Positions 6,812 through 15,544 of a stretch of DNA of 32,000 nucleotides are shown here, in pieces. Under the pieces are notes generated by a model. It did no database searches. It saw nothing but the letters and a program-made list of their open reading frames with translations, and was not told the DNA's origin. The stretch is taken from NCBI RefSeq assembly GCF_000017845.1, contig NC_010546.1, positions 4,890,001 through 4,922,000 of the forward strand, in the 5' to 3' direction. Each line of letters begins with the position of its first letter. The stretch's first letter is position 1. The stretch comes from Crocosphaera subtropica ATCC 51142 (GTDB lineage: Bacteria > Cyanobacteriota > Cyanobacteriia > Cyanobacteriales > Microcystaceae). Position numbers and translations under genes: made by a program.

Positions 6812-9028
6812 ATGGTAATGAAAAGACGGAATCTTTTAAAGTTTTTAGGTGTAAGCACAGGGACAGCCTTATTATGTCAAGGAACTAAGGGGTTATCTAG
6901 TCCTTTTAGGGTGGCTGGTCAAGGTAACGATACGGTTACAAATATTATTAAAGCCAGTCATTTTTTAAAGTTTACTCCTGTTAAACTACCGATTCCGTTA
7001 ACCATTGAAAATTTAAACGATGAAGAACAAACATCTGCTTATAAAAGTTACGAAGTGGTAGATGATGTCGTATTACCTGAAGGGTTTACCTATGATGTGA
7101 TTGCCCAATGGGGGGATAAAGTAGGTGATTCTCGCTTTGGTTATAATAATGACTATTTATCCTTCATTGAAACCAAAGAAAATGAGGGATTTTTGACCAT
7201 TAATTTTGAATATATTAGTGGGAAAACTTGGAAAGAAACCTACGAAAAAGTAATAGGAAAATCCCTTCCTTTTGAAGACGTTAAAGCGATCGCTGATCAA
7301 AACGGGGGAACGATCAATGGGTTTGAATTACCCCAAGATGATCCCCTCAAAGCGAAAATAGAAGCGATCGCCAAAGAAGCTTTAATTGACCAAGGCATAG
7401 GGGTTATTTCCCTCAGAAAAAATGAGCAAGGCCAATGGCAACGCACCTATTCAGAAGCCGATAGACGCATCACAGGACTATCTGGGTTAGAAGAGGGTCC
7501 TTATCTCAAAGCCACCGGGCCAGGGGTAAAGATTTTTGAAAAGGAGAAAAAACTAGGTTACGAAGACGGTTTAGGGAGTAACATTATAGGAACCTTCCAA
7601 AACTGTGCCGGGGGAACCACACCCTGGGGAACGGTACTCAGTGCAGAAGAGAATATACAAGATCAAGTGCCTGAACCCGTGATGGCCGATGGTTCCTCTT
7701 TAGATCCCTCCGTAACGCCTTTTGTATTCAACGAACAGTATATCGATGGACGGGGAAATGTCTTCGGTTTAGCTGGTAATAAATATGGTTGGATGGTAGA
7801 AATCGATCCCACCGATAAAAATGATTATGGAACCAAACATACTTGGTTAGGTCGTTATCGTCACGAAGCAGTGGCCTTTCGTGCCGAAACAGGGAGAAAG
7901 TTGGCTGTTTATTCAGGATGCGATCGCAGAGGAGGCCATCTTTATAAGTTTGTTTCTGATAACAATGTTACCGATCCCAAAGATAGGAAAAACTCCCGTT
8001 TAATGGAGTCAGGAATGTTATACGGTGCGGTATTTAACTCGGACGGAACTGGAAAATGGGTGGCGTTAACTTCTGAAACGCCTATCGATCCTGTGTTACC
8101 TTCAACCGTTCAAGGGGGTATGGTAATGTTACCCAATAGCGATCGCCAAGTCGGGGGAATGATCAAAGTTACTGAGGATCAAAACATCATCACTTTTAAA
8201 GACAAATTCAAGACCTTAGGGGATCTCTACATAGGAACTCCAGAAGAAAAACAAGGGGCTATTTTGATCGATGCTCATTTTGCTGGTAATGCAGCCGGAA
8301 TCACCTGTACAGCCCGCCCAGAAGACACAGAAATAGGGGAAGATGGCACATTATACGTTACCTTTACTTCGGGGACTCCTGGGGGTGACGGTGGACCGGA
8401 TAAGGGGGTATTTCGGGGGCCTGATGGGGAAATGAATTATGAATATGGTTGGGTCATGAAGATCACAGAAGATAAAAACGATCCGGCAGCCATGGGTTTT
8501 CGTTGGGATATCTTAGCCACAGGAGGAGAACCGGCTAAGGGAGGGATGGGGTTTTCTAACCCTGATAACCTGATGTTTGATAACCAAGGAGACTTATGGA
8601 TGGTTACCGATATGTCTACCAGTGGTCATAACAACGAAATTACAGATCGTGTTAAAGATGGAGAACCAGTCAGTACAAAAAGTCTAGTAGGCATCTTTGG
8701 TAACAATACCCTGTGGTATTTACCCCTACATGGCGACAATAAGGGTATGGCTTTTCCTTTCGCCATTGGACCGATGGAAGTCGAAATGACCGGGCCCTGG
8801 TTAACAGAAGATCAACAAACCCTATTTTTGGCCGTACAACACCCAGGTGAAGCTAACGGAACCCGTCAAAATATGACCAGCGAAAAGCGAGAGTTTTCGA
8901 TTTTAACTACATCAGGAAACGAATTTATACAAACAAGGACTGTTCCCTTGGGTTCTAACTGGCCCGGTAAACAAGTAAATGATCCCCCTCGTCCTGCAGT
9001 GATTGCCATTAGACCAGTGAAAGAATAA
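6812..9028 (+). CDS. phoX: PhoX-family (DUF839) alkaline phosphatase, Tat-exported
   Basis: Twin-arginine signal MKRRNLLKFLGVSTGTALL. PhoX/DUF839-like motifs GGTTPWGTVLSAEEN, ARPEDTEIGEDG and FSNPDNLMFDNQGDLWMVTD. The 738-aa length is typical. The start could be ATG 6812 or ATG 6818. Confidence 0.7.
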   Translation: MVMKRRNLLKFLGVSTGTALLCQGTKGLSSPFRVAGQGNDTVTNIIKASHFLKFTPVKLPIPLTIENLNDEEQTSAYKSYEVVDDVVLPEGFTYDVIAQWGDKVGDSRFGYNNDYLSFIETKENEGFLTINFEYISGKTWKETYEKVIGKSLPFEDVKAIADQNGGTINGFELPQDDPLKAKIEAIAKEALIDQGIGVISLRKNEQGQWQRTYSEADRRITGLSGLEEGPYLKATGPGVKIFEKEKKLGYEDGLGSNIIGTFQNCAGGTTPWGTVLSAEENIQDQVPEPVMADGSSLDPSVTPFVFNEQYIDGRGNVFGLAGNKYGWMVEIDPTDKNDYGTKHTWLGRYRHEAVAFRAETGRKLAVYSGCDRRGGHLYKFVSDNNVTDPKDRKNSRLMESGMLYGAVFNSDGTGKWVALTSETPIDPVLPSTVQGGMVMLPNSDRQVGGMIKVTEDQNIITFKDKFKTLGDLYIGTPEEKQGAILIDAHFAGNAAGITCTARPEDTEIGEDGTLYVTFTSGTPGGDGGPDKGVFRGPDGEMNYEYGWVMKITEDKNDPAAMGFRWDILATGGEPAKGGMGFSNPDNLMFDNQGDLWMVTDMSTSGHNNEITDRVKDGEPVSTKSLVGIFGNNTLWYLPLHGDNKGMAFPFAIGPMEVEMTGPWLTEDQQTLFLAVQHPGEANGTRQNMTSEKREFSILTTSGNEFIQTRTVPLGSNWPGKQVNDPPRPAVIAIRPVKE

Positions 9029-9059
9029 TAATTGATCAAAAATCCACTGTTTATTTAGT

Positions 9060-9455
9060 TTAACTGGATTTTGCTTTTTTTAGACTACTGATGAGTCCAA
9101 GAAAACCTAAAAAACCGATTATAAATAACCCAATATTGACAGATGGTTCAGGAATAGTAGGAGAAACTGAGGAAGGGACTTCTACCAGTTGACTTAGTTG
9201 ACTTTGATTAGGTGATTCACTCGCAAATGTACCATCAGCGAAACCGGTTTGTGATAAATCAATGTTTAAAATTAAAGGAGATGTTTTTGTCCGTATTACT
9301 TGAAAATGTAATAAACTAAACGTCTCTAATTGATTAATTCCAATGGGTGAACCTACCCCAAAACTAGGGATAGAACCGGCTCCTAAAATAGTCAGAACAA
9401 TTAAATAAAGAAAGGAAAGAAAATTTAGGCTTGGACGATATCCATAAAGAAGAAA
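9060..9455 (-). CDS. PEP-CTERM sorting-domain protein. This is a stop-to-stop open frame with no canonical start codon, so it may be a pseudogene or use a non-canonical start.
   Basis: Hand translation of the minus strand. The C-terminus reads ...VEVPSSVSPTIPEPSVNIGLFIIGFLGFLGLISSLKKAKSS*, a textbook PEP-CTERM motif: PEP, a TM helix, then a basic tail. The upstream part contains a signal-peptide-like stretch, LSFLYLIVLTILGAGSIPSFG. The 131-codon frame has no in-frame ATG, GTG or TTG, which explains its absence from the ORF track. Confidence 0.5.
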   Translation of the reverse strand, partial: FLLYGYRPSLNFLSFLYLIVLTILGAGSIPSFGVGSPIGINQLETFSLLHFQVIRTKTSPLILNIDLSQTGFADGTFASESPNQSQLSQLVEVPSSVSPTIPEPSVNIGLFIIGFLGFLGLISSLKKAKSS

Positions 9456-9731
9456 TTAAAAAACATCCTTGGTGGGATGAAGGGAAAGGATGGAAAAATA
9501 TTATAAATAATTTACGTTTATTTCTTCAACCTTTTTATTACTTAAATCTTTTAAAACCTTGGCTAGTTGTTTTCTTTAAACCGAAAATAATTAAATTGTT
9601 TTGTCGTTTATTTTCCCAACTTAATCGATTAATAAATTCATTTTGGGAGAGCATTTTTCGTAATAATTCCTATTACTTTTCTGCCTAGAGTCCCAGAAGA
9701 GCGTTATTATAAATGTGTGGTAGAACTATGA

Positions 9732-9784
9732 AGATTAAAAAATCTCCTAATATTTCCGAAAAATAGACTCATTAGGAGATTCTT
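9732..9784 (+). repeat. Hairpin repeat family A, copy 2 (AATCTCCTAA-N21-TTAGGAGATTCTTGATAACTTG)
   Basis: The arms at 9732-9741 and 9763-9772 are identical to those of copy 1. On the minus strand the hairpin is followed by TTTTT and lies about 35 nt downstream of the ddl stop, so it may act as the ddl terminator. Confidence 0.65.
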
Positions 9785-9817
9785 GATAACTTGCCAATAT
9801 TCATAGTAGAAATTAGC

Positions 9818-10873
9818 TTATTTTTCTAAGGCGAATTGCACTAATTGATCCACTAATTGCTCAAAATTGATGCCTGTGGCTTTCCAAAGTTGAGGGTACA
9901 TACTAAACTTAGTAAATCCTGGGAGGGTATTAATTTCATTAATATAAATTTCTTCGGTTTCTTCGACATAGAAAAAGTCAACTCTAGCGAGGCCAGCAGC
10001 ATCAACAGTTTTGAACGCTTGGATGGCCATTTCTTGAATTTGACTTACAATCTTTTCGGGTAAATTAGCAGGAATATGAATTTGCGATCGCCCTTCGGTA
10101 TACTTAGTTTCATAATCATAAAAATCCCCTTCAAAGGTCACTTCTCCTATGACAGAAGCTTTCGGGTTATCATTACCTAAAACGGCACATTCTAACTCTC
10201 TAGCGTTAACTCCTGCTTCGATGACGATGCGTCTATCGTAACTAGCTGCACTATCTAAGGCGGTTTCAAGTTCAGAATGCGATCGCACTTTAGCAATACC
10301 CACGGATGATCCTAGATTCGCTGGTTTAACAAAACAAGGATAACCTAAGTCTGCTTCAATTTCATCACAAAGTTTCGGAAAAATACAGGGATTAGACCAC
10401 ACTTGCGATCGCTCGACGGCCCTATATTTAACTTGAGGGAGTCCGGCTTGAGCGAAGGCCATTTTCATGGCAATTTTATCCATACCTACCGCTGATCCTA
10501 ACACCCCACTCCCCACAAAAGGAACCTGCATCAGCGTTAACAACCCTTGAAGGGTTCCATCTTCTCCGTTGGGACCATGTAACACAGGAAACCACACCTC
10601 AACCTCTTGAACTTGGGTGGGAAACTGCCATAACTGGGAAGGGTTTGTCTCTTCAGTCGCCAAAGGGGCTTTGCTGTCTAGAACCTCATTTGCAGTGTCT
10701 CCTGCTACCCAGACACCATTTTTTTGAATATAGATGGGAAGGATATCATATTTATTGGCATTGTCCCCCGTTTGTAGTGCTTGGGCAATGGCTGCAGCAG
10801 AGTTAATGGAAACTTCATGTTCTCCTGATCGTCCGCCAAATAATAATCCTACCCGTATTTTAGCCATTGTCAC
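9818..10873 (-). CDS. ddl: D-alanine--D-alanine ligase
   Basis: [25 protein letters not shown]-terminus. ATP-grasp motifs [17 protein letters not shown] and EINTLPGFT. Typical length of about 350 aa. Three HIP1 sites lie inside the gene. Confidence 0.9.
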   Translation of the reverse strand: MTMAKIRVGLLFGGRSGEHEVSINSAAAIAQALQTGDNANKYDILPIYIQKNGVWVAGDTANEVLDSKAPLATEETNPSQLWQFPTQVQEVEVWFPVLHGPNGEDGTLQGLLTLMQVPFVGSGVLGSAVGMDKIAMKMAFAQAGLPQVKYRAVERSQVWSNPCIFPKLCDEIEADLGYPCFVKPANLGSSVGIAKVRSHSELETALDSAASYDRRIVIEAGVNARELECAVLGNDNPKASVIGEVTFEGDFYDYETKYTEGRSQIHIPANLPEKIVSQIQEMAIQAFKTVDAAGLARVDFFYVEETEEIYINEINTLPGFTKFSMYPQLWKATGINFEQLVDQLVQFALEK

Positions 10874-11073
10874 TACTCCCGTGCTTTTCCTGTTAATTAT
10901 CGTTATAATTGACCCTTGTTATAGGCTTGACGTTCCCTAGAATTAATTTACCTTATACTTGACACTGAACGTTTTCTATATAATTCTGCCTAGCTACTTA
11001 AATGTTCCCTTAATTGGTGGTAAGTAAAGCAAAAAAATCTTAGACTAAAAAAACCCATAGACCATGAGGAGTA

Positions 11074-11865
11074 ATGACAAACCCAACCCATACAAGAAGA
11101 GGACTCGGCATTTGGTTTGAGAGATTAGTAGCAGCTGTTTTATTAGGGGGTCAAGTTTTCTTTCATCTGCTCAAAACGAAGATTCATCGACGAAATACCC
11201 TAGAACAGATGAGTGTCGTTGGTCCCGAATCTGTGACCATTGCCCTAATTACAGCCGGGTTTGTAGGGATGGTGTTTACCATTCAAGTCGCTAGAGAATT
11301 TATTAGTTTTGGCGCAGCCTCAACCGTTGGAGGAGTTTTAGCCTTAGCCTTAACCAGAGAATTAGCCCCCGTATTAACTGCTGTTGTTGTTGCGGGAAGA
11401 GTGGGATCAGCCTTTGCTGCTGAAATTGGAACTATGCGTGTTACCGAACAAATTGACGCTTTATATATGCTCAAAACTGATCCCATTGACTATTTAGTGG
11501 TCCCTCGTGTCTTAGCTTGTTGTTTGATGCTACCTGTCTTAAATATTCTTTCGTTATTAACAGGAATGACAGGAGGATTATTAATTGCTAATGGATTGTA
11601 TGATATTTCTCCCTACGTTTTTTTAACCTCAGTTCGCAACTTTTTAGAATTATGGGATTTAGTCACTTCTATGATTAAATCCGTTGCATTTGGAGGGTTG
11701 ATTGCTGTCATTGGTTGTAGTTGGGGACTCACCACCACTGGAGGGGCAAAAGGAGTAGGTCAGTCCACAACAACGGCGGTAGTAACATCTTTATTAGCTG
11801 TTTTTGTGATTAACTTCTTTTTATCTTGGGTAATGTTTCAAGGAACGGGAAGTTCATCCTTTTAA
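11074..11865 (+). CDS. mlaE: MlaE/Ttg2B/TGD1-like ABC transporter permease
   Basis: Multi-pass membrane protein of 263 aa carrying the family signature TRELAPVLTAVVVAGRVGSAFAAEIGTMRVTEQIDAL. Confidence 0.8.
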   Translation: MTNPTHTRRGLGIWFERLVAAVLLGGQVFFHLLKTKIHRRNTLEQMSVVGPESVTIALITAGFVGMVFTIQVAREFISFGAASTVGGVLALALTRELAPVLTAVVVAGRVGSAFAAEIGTMRVTEQIDALYMLKTDPIDYLVVPRVLACCLMLPVLNILSLLTGMTGGLLIANGLYDISPYVFLTSVRNFLELWDLVTSMIKSVAFGGLIAVIGCSWGLTTTGGAKGVGQSTTTAVVTSLLAVFVINFFLSWVMFQGTGSSSF

Positions 11866-11881
11866 TTAATGCTTATTATTT

Positions 11882-12385
11882 CTATTCACTTGCTTTCTGA
11901 ACTATAATTTTTTTCCATTCTTCCAAAATGAAATAAGGAACTTTAATCCTACTCAACTCACCATCTTTTAGCGGTAATTCTAATAACCAAAAATTGTTAC
12001 TTTCTAACTGATCTACAATAGACTTAAAATTATACTGTCCCATATTCGGTGCGAATGCCTCTTGATCACTGGTAAATACATCAGGAACTTGAACCGTTAA
12101 ATCTTCTCGAATTTTAATAATTAAAGGCTGAGGGTGGTTAAATTCAAATAAGTCAGGAAAGCCAACTAAACGTAAATTGATTGTGGGTTGATTATCCCCT
12201 TTTATCTCTTTAAAAAAAATCAATTGCCAAGGATTTTTAGATTGATCTCGCCAAGTTTGTATGGATTTATAAAGGATAATATCAGGAGGAATTTCACTTT
12301 CTCTGATAACAGCATATGCAGGTTGTATTAATAATAAGCACATCAACCCTAAAACTAAAATGAACTTAAACACTTGCTTACTCAT
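11882..12385 (-). CDS. Secreted hypothetical protein (tentatively DUF3122-like)
   Basis: Signal peptide MSKQVFKFILVLGLMCLLLIQPAYA|VIRESE. The track ORF begins at GTG 12421; I prefer the ATG at 12385. No recognisable catalytic motifs. Confidence 0.5.
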   Translation of the reverse strand: MSKQVFKFILVLGLMCLLLIQPAYAVIRESEIPPDIILYKSIQTWRDQSKNPWQLIFFKEIKGDNQPTINLRLVGFPDLFEFNHPQPLIIKIREDLTVQVPDVFTSDQEAFAPNMGQYNFKSIVDQLESNNFWLLELPLKDGELSRIKVPYFILEEWKKIIVQKASE

Positions 12386-12407
12386 TTTAATCCCTATTAA
12401 ATATAAC

Positions 12408-12428
12408 TGGTCACTGATCACTGTTCAT
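12408..12428. repeat. STRR-like heptamer triplet TGGTCAC TGATCAC TGTTCAT
   Basis: Three tandem TGNTCAY heptamers lie in the short gap just downstream of the MBL-hydrolase stop (12432). The same arrangement occurs at 24230-24250 and 25556-25576. Confidence 0.55.
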
Positions 12429-12431
12429 GGT

Positions 12432-13142
12432 TTAAACATTGCCACATTGTTCATTAGCAGGAACTGCCTCCATCATCTTTTTTGGATTAGGTAAGTTAAG
12501 ATTAGTCATAAAAGTGATAAACTCAGAGCGATCTCGAAGCGATCCGCTTTGCGGTGTACGTCCCACAAACCGAGGATTATATTGCTTTTCTTCTGCAATT
12601 GTAGAAACTGTATGACCTCGATAATCATGACCAGGATAGACTAAGGTTTCATCGGGTAAAGTAAACAGTCGTTGCGTCACCGAGTCATATAATGTCCCTG
12701 GGTCCCCACTTTGAAAGTCCGTTCGTCCACACCCTCGAATAAATAACGCATCTCCTGTTAAAATAGCCTTTCGGTTAACTAAATAAGCAAAATGACTATC
12801 TGTATGGCCAGGAGTAGCGATCGCTTCTACGATCACGTTTCCTAATTGTAAAACCTCTTTATCTTTCATCCATCGATCAGCACAAGCAATCTGGGCATTT
12901 TCAGGTACAATTCCTAAACATTCTGTGATTTCTCGTAATTTTCCCGTTCCTGTGATGTGATCTGCGTGAATATGGGTTTCTAAGCAGTATTTTAAGGTTA
13001 ATCCTAACTCGTTGAGGAGTTGACGATCCCGTTCTACTTGTTCTAAAACAGGATCAACTAATAATGCTTGTTTGAGGGTGCGATCAGCAATTAGATAAGT
13101 GTAAGTCGATGACTCTGCATCGAACAATTGACGAAAAAGCAT
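12432..13142 (-). CDS. MBL-fold metallo-hydrolase, ETHE1/persulfide dioxygenase-like
   Basis: HxHxDH motif (THIHADHITG). N-terminus MLFRQLFDAESSTYTYLIAD and later GHTDSH / GDALFIRGCGRTDF, as I recall for ETHE1-type sulfur dioxygenases and glyoxalase II relatives. Confidence 0.7.
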   Translation of the reverse strand: MLFRQLFDAESSTYTYLIADRTLKQALLVDPVLEQVERDRQLLNELGLTLKYCLETHIHADHITGTGKLREITECLGIVPENAQIACADRWMKDKEVLQLGNVIVEAIATPGHTDSHFAYLVNRKAILTGDALFIRGCGRTDFQSGDPGTLYDSVTQRLFTLPDETLVYPGHDYRGHTVSTIAEEKQYNPRFVGRTPQSGSLRDRSEFITFMTNLNLPNPKKMMEAVPANEQCGNV

Positions 13143-13160
13143 GATTTTATCTCATTTTTT

Positions 13161-14099
13161 TTATACTTCTAGAACAATTTTACCCACAACGTGACCGGTT
13201 TCACTGTAAGTATGGGCTGCCATAATATCTGATAATTGATAAGTACAATCGATAATCGGTTTAACCTTTTGGTGTTCAATCAAATCTTTTAATTCAGCTA
13301 AATCTTTGGGTTGAGGTTCGACTAATAATAATTTCGATTGTTGACGAGAAAAAAACGCAAAAACACTATTAATAATGAAGTTTAAACTGGGGGTTAACGT
13401 TACATAAATTCCCTCAGGGTTTAAACTTTTCTGGCACTTTCTAAAAGAATAGTTACCCACAATGTCAAAAATAATATCATATTGCTTTTCCTGTTGGGTA
13501 AAGTCTTCTTGAGTATAATCAATGGTATAGTCAGCCCCTAATTCTGTAACCAAAGGAATATTTTTTCCACTGCAAACCCCTGTCACTGCTGCCTGGTATG
13601 CCTTAGCAATTTGAACCGCAAACGTACCTACACCGCCTGATGCACCGTTAATGAGGACTGTTTGACCTCTTTTGACCTTTCCTTTGTTCCGTAAGCCTTG
13701 CAGGGCTGTAGAAGCTGCTAAAGGAACGGCAGCAGCTTGGGAATGAGTCAGGTTAGTGGGTTTAGGAGCAATATTTTGAGGGGTTATAACAATATATTCT
13801 CCATAGGCTTTACCCGAACCAGGGCTAAAAAAACCATATACTTGATCACTCACTTGAAAGTCAGAGACTTTTTCTCCAACTTCTACTGCTTCCCCAGAAA
13901 AGTCACACCCCAACGATAAAGGAAACTTTTTCCCTGTGACAACTTGTAACATTCCACGACGAATTTTCCAATCGATAGGATTAACACTACTTGCTATAAC
14001 TTTAATCAGTAATTGTTTAGCTGTGGGGGAAGGTTTCGTTACTTCTGCATATTCTAGAACATCAGGAGAACCATATCGATTAAAAATGACACTTTTCAT
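13161..14099 (-). CDS. NAD(P)H-dependent quinone oxidoreductase / zinc-type alcohol dehydrogenase-like (MDR superfamily)
   Basis: GroES-like N-terminal domain followed by the Rossmann motif INGASGGVGTFAVQIAK. 312 aa. Confidence 0.75.
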   Translation of the reverse strand: MKSVIFNRYGSPDVLEYAEVTKPSPTAKQLLIKVIASSVNPIDWKIRRGMLQVVTGKKFPLSLGCDFSGEAVEVGEKVSDFQVSDQVYGFFSPGSGKAYGEYIVITPQNIAPKPTNLTHSQAAAVPLAASTALQGLRNKGKVKRGQTVLINGASGGVGTFAVQIAKAYQAAVTGVCSGKNIPLVTELGADYTIDYTQEDFTQQEKQYDIIFDIVGNYSFRKCQKSLNPEGIYVTLTPSLNFIINSVFAFFSRQQSKLLLVEPQPKDLAELKDLIEHQKVKPIIDCTYQLSDIMAAHTYSETGHVVGKIVLEV

Positions 14100-14615
14100 A
14101 GCAGTCTTAAAAAAAGATCCTGACTCTGTTCATTTTAGCAGTGTTTTGGCCATTCTAGAACTATAGTTAAGTGATCATCGGCCACCCTACCCTAATTTTT
14201 TTTATACTAAAAAAATAGAATAAATTTATATTTTCAGCTTATTATTTTATTAGTTTTTTTCTAACTCTTCAGGCATCATAAATTCTTTCATCGCAACAGA
14301 ATTTGATTAGGAACAAGGAATAGATTTACACCAAGCTAATATAAAAAAGTCCGTAGTTAAGGCTTTAGCCTTAATGATAATTAAGAGATTTTATCTTTCT
14401 GATAGTTCATCTGTTCAAAATTTTGTATTATCATCTTGCGAGGGATAAGGAAAATGTCTGAAACCCTGATGATCTCGTTCTAACCCTCGCACCCTTACTA
14501 GATGCAGATTTCAGCGATTTTACGGAGAGATTTTCTAGGGGTTTGGGTTACAATATAGCTATCCCTCGCAAACCGCCTCTAGACTCTAGACAGGATAGGG
14601 GTTGTAGCGAGTACC

Positions 14616-14809
14616 CTCTCTTTTTATAAGAGAACTTAGTTGAATGGAAACATTGTCTAGGCAACAAAAAGGGTCATCTAATTTTAATCGAACTAACTCT
14701 CTTTTTATAAGAGAACTTAGTTGAATGGAAACTAATAGTAAAGTTCAAAAGCTAGTAATTGACTTCTATTAGACTCTCTTTTCATAAGAGAAATTAGTAA
14801 GGTAGGCAA
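14616..14809 (+). CRISPR. CRISPR-like mini-array of two perfect 36-nt repeats plus one degenerate terminal repeat, with two spacers (45 and 41 nt) and no cas genes in the window
   Basis: R1 (14616-14651) and R2 (14697-14732) are both CTCTCTTTTTATAAGAGAACTTAGTTGAATGGAAAC. S1 (14652-14696) and S2 (14733-14773) are unrelated to each other. R3 starts at 14774 and matches 23/25 at its 5' end, then diverges. The repeat ends in GGAAAC, as type I/III repeats do. Confidence 0.5.
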
Positions 14810-14833
14810 TGCTTACCCTACAATGGAAGTAAC

Positions 14834-14874
14834 AAAAAAATAAGTATCCTATGCTTTTGTAGGATACTTATTTT
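14834..14874 (-). terminator. Bidirectional rho-independent terminator hairpin
   Basis: AATAAGTATCCT (14839-14850), a 10-nt loop, then AGGATACTTATT (14861-14872), giving a perfect 12-bp stem. On the minus strand it is followed by TTTTTTTGTT, downstream of gene 15036..15428. On the plus strand it is followed by TTAAT, directly after the CRISPR-like array. Confidence 0.6.
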
Positions 14875-15035
14875 AATAGAAATTAATCTTTTCTGTAATT
14901 TGTAATATCAATTCTCAAAAATAACTAGAGGGATTGCTTCGGGGTATTTTCAATAAAACTCAAAACTTATTATTTATATTACCCCTCGCAATGACCAGTT
15001 AAACCTTCAATTACTTTCGATAATCTGTATAATTT

Positions 15036-15428
15036 TTACATCGATAATTGATCAGGAGATTGACTTTCGGCTAACGTTTGTTGAGGTTGATTTGATTTGA
15101 GAAAAACGTATAAATTAGGGATCATATAGCCTTTCCGTTCAAAACGAACCATCATCGCTTCTTTAACTCCATACTCTTGGTTAAGTTCGCTTAACGCTTG
15201 ATACAAAACCTGTCCAGTGGGATCGCCTTCAACTTCAGGATCAGGGTGGAAATAATAACCATAATTCGGTTCTACAATAGCTACATTAGCTTGACGATTC
15301 ACTTTAATAAAGTAATCTTTGTCTTCAATATGAGATTGAGCAAGATTTGTTAAATTTAAACCAAGAATGGTTAACGTGGTAATGGCAAACGTTAGTGCAA
15401 TAGCTGGAGCAATTATTTTCTTTAACAT
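15036..15428 (-). CDS. Hypothetical exported or membrane-anchored protein
   Basis: 130-aa ORF with an N-terminal hydrophobic segment (MLKKIIAPAIALTFAITTLTILGL). A terminator hairpin lies downstream. No recognisable domain. Confidence 0.45.
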   Translation of the reverse strand: MLKKIIAPAIALTFAITTLTILGLNLTNLAQSHIEDKDYFIKVNRQANVAIVEPNYGYYFHPDPEVEGDPTGQVLYQALSELNQEYGVKEAMMVRFERKGYMIPNLYVFLKSNQPQQTLAESQSPDQLSM

Positions 15429-15544
15429 GAGGAATTTATTGAGTGCATTAATACATCACGGATGACAAAGATCAGCCGATCCTGTTTTTCATCTTAACGT
15501 AATAAAACTTAATATTAAAGAAAAATAAAATATAGTCTTTTTCG

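Noticed and set aside
9431-9688. Track ORF of 85 aa on the plus strand (MDDIHKEEIKKHPWW...)
   Set aside because: It has a TTG start and a K/F/L/N-rich low-complexity translation typical of AT-rich non-coding DNA. Its 5' end overlaps the far more convincing minus-strand PEP-CTERM frame. No recognisable motif.
10874-11073. Sigma70-type promoter (TTGACA ... TATAAT) in the ddl/mlaE divergent region
   Set aside because: TTGACA at about 10960 and the nearest TATAAT are only about 14 nt apart, far from the optimal 17 nt. Promoter calls by eye in AT-rich DNA are too unreliable to report.
14100-15035. Search for cas genes, tracrRNA/anti-repeat or transposase remnants next to the mini-array
   Set aside because: No ORF of 60 aa or more lies on either strand in the region. 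I found no sequence complementary to the repeat nearby. The flanking genes (oxidoreductase and a small exported protein) are unrelated to CRISPR-Cas.
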